DNA of 64,000 nt from an uncultured Thermoleophilia bacterium (GTDB lineage: Bacteria; Actinomycetota; Thermoleophilia; UBA2241), in assembly GCA_963767505.1 (NCBI GenBank), contig CAVYDV010000007.1:2195-66194 (forward strand), written 5' to 3'. Below the pieces are notes generated by a model, which ran no database searches, was not told where the DNA came from, and saw only the letters and a program-made list of their open reading frames with translations. Within the stretch, counting starts at the first letter, position 1; each line of letters begins with the position of its first letter. Below are positions 60,457 to 64,000 of the stretch, piece by piece. Position numbers and translations under genes: made by a program.

Positions 60457-61758
60457 CTACGCCTTGTCGCGCAGATCCAGGACCCGCTTCGCCTTGCCGG
60501 CGCTCCGCTCGATCGCTCCGGGTTCGACCAGCGTGACGTGCGCCCTTAGGCCGAGGACCGACTGGAGCTTGTCCGCGACGGCGCTCTGGAAGGCGACCAG
60601 GTCGGCCATCACGTCCGAGAAGACGGTCTCCTCGACCTCGAGACGAACCTCGAGGTCATCGAGGTTCTTCTTGCGGTCGACGACGATGAGGTAGTGGGGA
60701 CGCACGCCCTCGATCCCGAAGAGCACGTCCTCGATCTGGCTGGGGAAGACGTTCACGCCGCGGATGATGAGCATGTCATCGGTACGCTGGCGCACCTTGC
60801 TCATCCGCGCGAGCGTGCGTCCGCACTCGCAGCGCGACGGATCGAGCACGGTCAGGTCGTGCGTGCGGTAGCGCAGGACCGGGAACGCCTCCTTGGTCAG
60901 CGTCGTGATGACGAGCTCGCCCTCCTCGCCGTGGGCGAGCGGCTCCTCGGTCGCCGGGTCGATGACCTCGAGGAGGAGGTGATCCTCGTTGACGTGCAGG
61001 CCGCAGGTGCACTCACACTCGCCGGCGACTCCGGGTCCCATCACCTCGGACAGCCCGTAGTTGTCGGTGGCGCGGATACCGAGCTTCGCCTCGATCTCGG
61101 CCTTCATCGGCTCGGAGCAAGGTTCGCCTCCGAACAGTCCGAGCCTGAGCTTGAGCGCGGAGAAGTCGACACCGAGCTTCTCTCCCTGTTCGGCGAGATA
61201 GAGAGCGTACGACGGCGTCGACACGAGGACCGTCGTTCCGAAGTCCTCCATCATGAGCAGGTGACGCTCTGTCTGCCCGGAGCCGGCGGGGATGATCGTC
61301 GCACCGATGCGTTCGATGCCGTAGTGCATGCCCCACCCGCCCGTGAACATGCCGTAGAGGAAGGCCATCTGGACGAGGTCGCCGCGGTGGACGCCGGCCG
61401 CGGCGGCGACTCGTGCCGTCAGCTCGGTCCACGTGTTGATGTCGCCGCGCGAGTAGGCGACGACGATCGGCTTGCCCGTCGTGCCGGAGGAGGAATGGAC
61501 GCGCACCACCTCGTCGAGAGGGAGGGCGAGCATGCCGAACGGATACGTGTCCCTGAGCGCTGCCTTGTCGGTGAACGGCAGGCGTCGCACGTCTTCGAGC
61601 GTGCGGATGTCTCGCGGTCGCACTCCCCTCTCGTCCATCTCGGAGCGGTAGTACGGGACTCGCTCGTAGGCCCACGAGGTCGTCATCTGGAGTCGGCGCA
61701 GCTGCAGCTCGTGCAATGCCGAGCGGTCCATGCACTCGTACTCGGGGTTCCAGATCAT
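60457..61758 (-). CDS. paaK: Phenylacetate-CoA ligase family (copy 2)
   Basis: LPFTDK..LRDTYPFG, HSSSGTTGKP, YGMFTGG, NYGLSE, RYRTHD, DDMLIIRGVNVFPSQIE, GKAKRVLD. Confidence 0.93.
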   Translation of the reverse strand: MIWNPEYECMDRSALHELQLRRLQMTTSWAYERVPYYRSEMDERGVRPRDIRTLEDVRRLPFTDKAALRDTYPFGMLALPLDEVVRVHSSSGTTGKPIVVAYSRGDINTWTELTARVAAAAGVHRGDLVQMAFLYGMFTGGWGMHYGIERIGATIIPAGSGQTERHLLMMEDFGTTVLVSTPSYALYLAEQGEKLGVDFSALKLRLGLFGGEPCSEPMKAEIEAKLGIRATDNYGLSEVMGPGVAGECECTCGLHVNEDHLLLEVIDPATEEPLAHGEEGELVITTLTKEAFPVLRYRTHDLTVLDPSRCECGRTLARMSKVRQRTDDMLIIRGVNVFPSQIEDVLFGIEGVRPHYLIVVDRKKNLDDLEVRLEVEETVFSDVMADLVAFQSAVADKLQSVLGLRAHVTLVEPGAIERSAGKAKRVLDLRDKA

Positions 61759-62510
61759 GGTCCCTCCCCTTCCTCGCGCCACGCGCCAAGGTAGATGGTC
61801 CGCACCGACTCGTCGGCGAGCAACTCGTCGGCTGTTCCTTCGAGTACCACGCGGCCGGTGCGCATGACGTAGCCACGGTCTGCGTGCTTGAGAGCGAGCC
61901 GCGCATCCTGCTCGACGAGCATGATGGTGACCCCCTGGGCACGCAGTTCCTCGAGCACCGAGAAGATCTCGGCGATGACCTTGGGCGCCAGGCCGAGGGA
62001 CGGCTCGTCGAGCAGCAGCAGTCGCGGTCGGGACATAAGCGCTCGCGCCACGGCCAGCATCTGCTGCTCCCCCCCTGAGAGCGTCTCCGCAGGCTGATCC
62101 GCTCGTTCCCCGAGCACCGGGAAGAGCCTGTGCACCCTCTCCAGCCCCTCCGCGATCGCGGACCGTCGCTCGCGCCCGGCACCGTAGGCGCCGAGTTCGA
62201 GATTCTCCCGTACGCTCATCGTTCCGAACAGCAGCCTGCCTTCGGGAACGAGTGCCAGGCCGCGTCGCACGAGCCGCTCGGGCCGCGGTGCGGTCAGGTG
62301 GGCGCCGTCGTAGGTCACGGTCCCGGCGCGCACGGGCACGAGCCCTACGATGGCTTTGAGCAGGGTGGACTTGCCGGCGCCGTTGGCGCCGATCACGGTG
62401 ACGAGTTCGCCTTCGCCGACCGTGACGTCGATGCCGTGCAGCACCTCTACGCGCCCGTAGCCGGACTTCACGGCGCTGAGCTCGAGGAGCGCGCCAGACT
62501 CAGGCATCAT
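61755..62510 (-). CDS. livF: Branched-chain amino acid-type ABC transporter ATPase
   Basis: GANGAGKST, LVPEGR, LSGGEQQMLA, LLLDEPSLGLAP, LVEQ. Confidence 0.95.
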   Translation of the reverse strand: MMPESGALLELSAVKSGYGRVEVLHGIDVTVGEGELVTVIGANGAGKSTLLKAIVGLVPVRAGTVTYDGAHLTAPRPERLVRRGLALVPEGRLLFGTMSVRENLELGAYGAGRERRSAIAEGLERVHRLFPVLGERADQPAETLSGGEQQMLAVARALMSRPRLLLLDEPSLGLAPKVIAEIFSVLEELRAQGVTIMLVEQDARLALKHADRGYVMRTGRVVLEGTADELLADESVRTIYLGAWREEGEGP

Positions 62511-63274
62511 CGACCGCCTCCTCTCCGAGGTACGCAGCGATCACGGCGGGGTCCTTCTGGATCATCCGTGGCGGTCCCTCGGCGATCTTGCGGCCTCGGT
62601 CGAGCACGAGGATCTCGTCGGAGACGTCCATGACGAGACCCATGTCGTGCTCCACGATGACGACGGTGATGCCCGTGTCTCGAACCCGGAACAGCGTCTG
62701 GACGAGTTCGCGCGGTCTCGGTGGCGTTGAGCCCTGCCGCCGGCTCGTCGAGCAGCAGAAGGCGCGGCTTGGTGGCGAGTGCGCGCGCGATCTCGACCAG
62801 GCGGCGGATGCCCGCGGGAAGGTCGGCAGCCGGCGCGTCGATCCACTCCTCGATGCCGATAAGGCGCAGAAGGCGTCCGGCCTCGTCGCGGGCCTCCCGA
62901 TCTTCCGCGACCGCGATCGGCAGCCTGAGCATCGCCGCCGTGAATCCCTGGCGCTGGTGAGCCTGCCTGCCGACCATGACGTTCTCGCCCGCGGTCATCG
63001 CCTCGAAGAGCTGAGTGTTCTGGAAGGTGCGCGCGACGCCCGCGACCACCGTGTCTCGCGGTCGGCGGCCGACAAGCTCGATGCCGTCGAACAGGACCGA
63101 GCCCTCGTCAGGCCTATCGAACCCGGTGAGTGCGTTGAACAGCGTGGACTTGCCGGCGCCGTTGGGTCCGATGAGCGCCTGGATGGTGCCCTCGAACACG
63201 TCGAACGAGACATCGTCGACGGCGGTGAGCCCTCCGAAGCGCTTGGTGACGTTGCGCACCTGCAGAAGAGTCAC
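62500..63274 (-). CDS. livG: Branched-chain amino acid-type ABC transporter ATPase; frameshift near 62712
   Basis: KRFGGLTAV, GPNGAGKST, ARTFQN, LDEPAAGLN, then VEHDM…DPAVIAAYLG in the next frame. Confidence 0.92.
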
Positions 63275-64000
63275 GCGGTGTCGGCCCCCTTGCGCCGCCG
63301 GCGCCACAGGCCGGCAAGCCCTCCGGGCGCGAACACGATCACGAGGACGATAGCGAGTCCGTAGATGTCTTCCTGGTACGACTGGAGAGTCTGGGCCGTG
63401 TCGCGCGGGATGCCGGGGATGAGCGCGTCGAGATACTGCACGAGTGTGAGCAGCACCGCGCCGGCGAGCGGTCCCGCGAGCGAGCCGGCGCCCCCCACCA
63501 CGGTCATCGCAATGAAGGCGATCGACGCCGTAAGGGTGAAGATGCTCGGGGACACGAAGCCCACTACGCTGGCGTAGAGCGCGCCGGCGAGACCGGCGAG
63601 CAGCGCGCTGACGACGAAGGTCCGCACCTTCACGCCGACAATGTCGACACCGCACGCCTGTGCGCCCAGCGGGCTGCCGTGCAGTGCGCGCATGGCGCGG
63701 CCGGGTCGCATCGACGTTATGTTGAAGGCGATCAGAAGCGCGATGCCGACCGTCGCCCACACGAGCCAGTAGAGCGAGGCGGCCTCGCGGATCTCGATGG
63801 GGCCCAAGGTGGGGAAGGGTATGCCACCGAACCCGTCGACGCCTCCGGTGATGGGCTCGGCCTCGACGAACGCAAGCGTCATCAACAGCCCGAAGCCCAG
63901 CGTCGCCATGGCGAGGTAGTGCCCCTTGAGGCGCAGGCTCGGCAGGGCGAGGACCAGTCCGCCCACCGCGGCCAGCGCGCCGGACGCGGCGAACGCCAGT
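63271..64000 (-). CDS. livM: Branched-chain amino acid-type ABC transporter permease (5' truncated by window edge)
   Basis: LRLKGHYLAMATLGFG, GRAMRAL, AGLAGALYA, VVGGAGSLAGP, FAPGGLAG. Confidence 0.92.
   Translation of the reverse strand, partial: LAFAASGALAAVGGLVLALPSLRLKGHYLAMATLGFGLLMTLAFVEAEPITGGVDGFGGIPFPTLGPIEIREAASLYWLVWATVGIALLIAFNITSMRPGRAMRALHGSPLGAQACGVDIVGVKVRTFVVSALLAGLAGALYASVVGFVSPSIFTLTASIAFIAMTVVGGAGSLAGPLAGAVLLTLVQYLDALIPGIPRDTAQTLQSYQEDIYGLAIVLVIVFAPGGLAGLWRRRRKGADTA

Noticed and set aside
1-64000. Many long antisense or alternate-frame ORFs in the track (e.g. 3471-4817, 41159-42670, 51079-53151, 56242-57987)
   Set aside because: Shadow ORFs expected in high-GC DNA; they overlap well-supported genes and have no motifs.

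Overview
High-GC bacterial chromosomal segment. It probably comes from an anaerobic Actinomycetota-like organism (inferred from GC-rich codon usage, apparent leaderless genes and gene content). About 55 genes, mostly housekeeping and energy metabolism. No rRNA, tRNA, CRISPR array or mobile element was seen. About 24 single-base frameshifts break otherwise intact genes, most likely long-read consensus errors. Main blocks: c-di-GMP/two-component signalling (13.7-17.7 kb); Rrf2, three FmdB-type zinc-ribbon genes and TlpA/CcdA (19.8-22.6 kb); an orphan formate dehydrogenase alpha subunit; iorAB-ACT-paaK-aor aromatic 2-oxoacid catabolism; pbp1A-tatC-tatA/B; a complex I operon; and a second paaK with liv genes. 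Two observations stand out. (1) In the complex I operon (nuoABCDH-I-JKLMN), a HydABC/Stn-like NuoE-NuoF-(NuoG/GltD) input module sits inside nuoI, so one NuoI ferredoxin motif is fused to NuoE and the other to the GltD-containing subunit. (2) Two zinc-ribbon paralogs end in TGA-GGC-TGA followed by an identical SECIS-like hairpin, making them probable selenoproteins ending in Cys-Sec-Gly and Gly-Sec-Gly. Also notable: two tiny DRR/ERR-rich proteins (candidate c-di-GMP binders) and an operon of apparent pseudo-enzymes (degenerate GGDEF, Roadblock, catalytically dead Fe-S uracil-DNA glycosylase).
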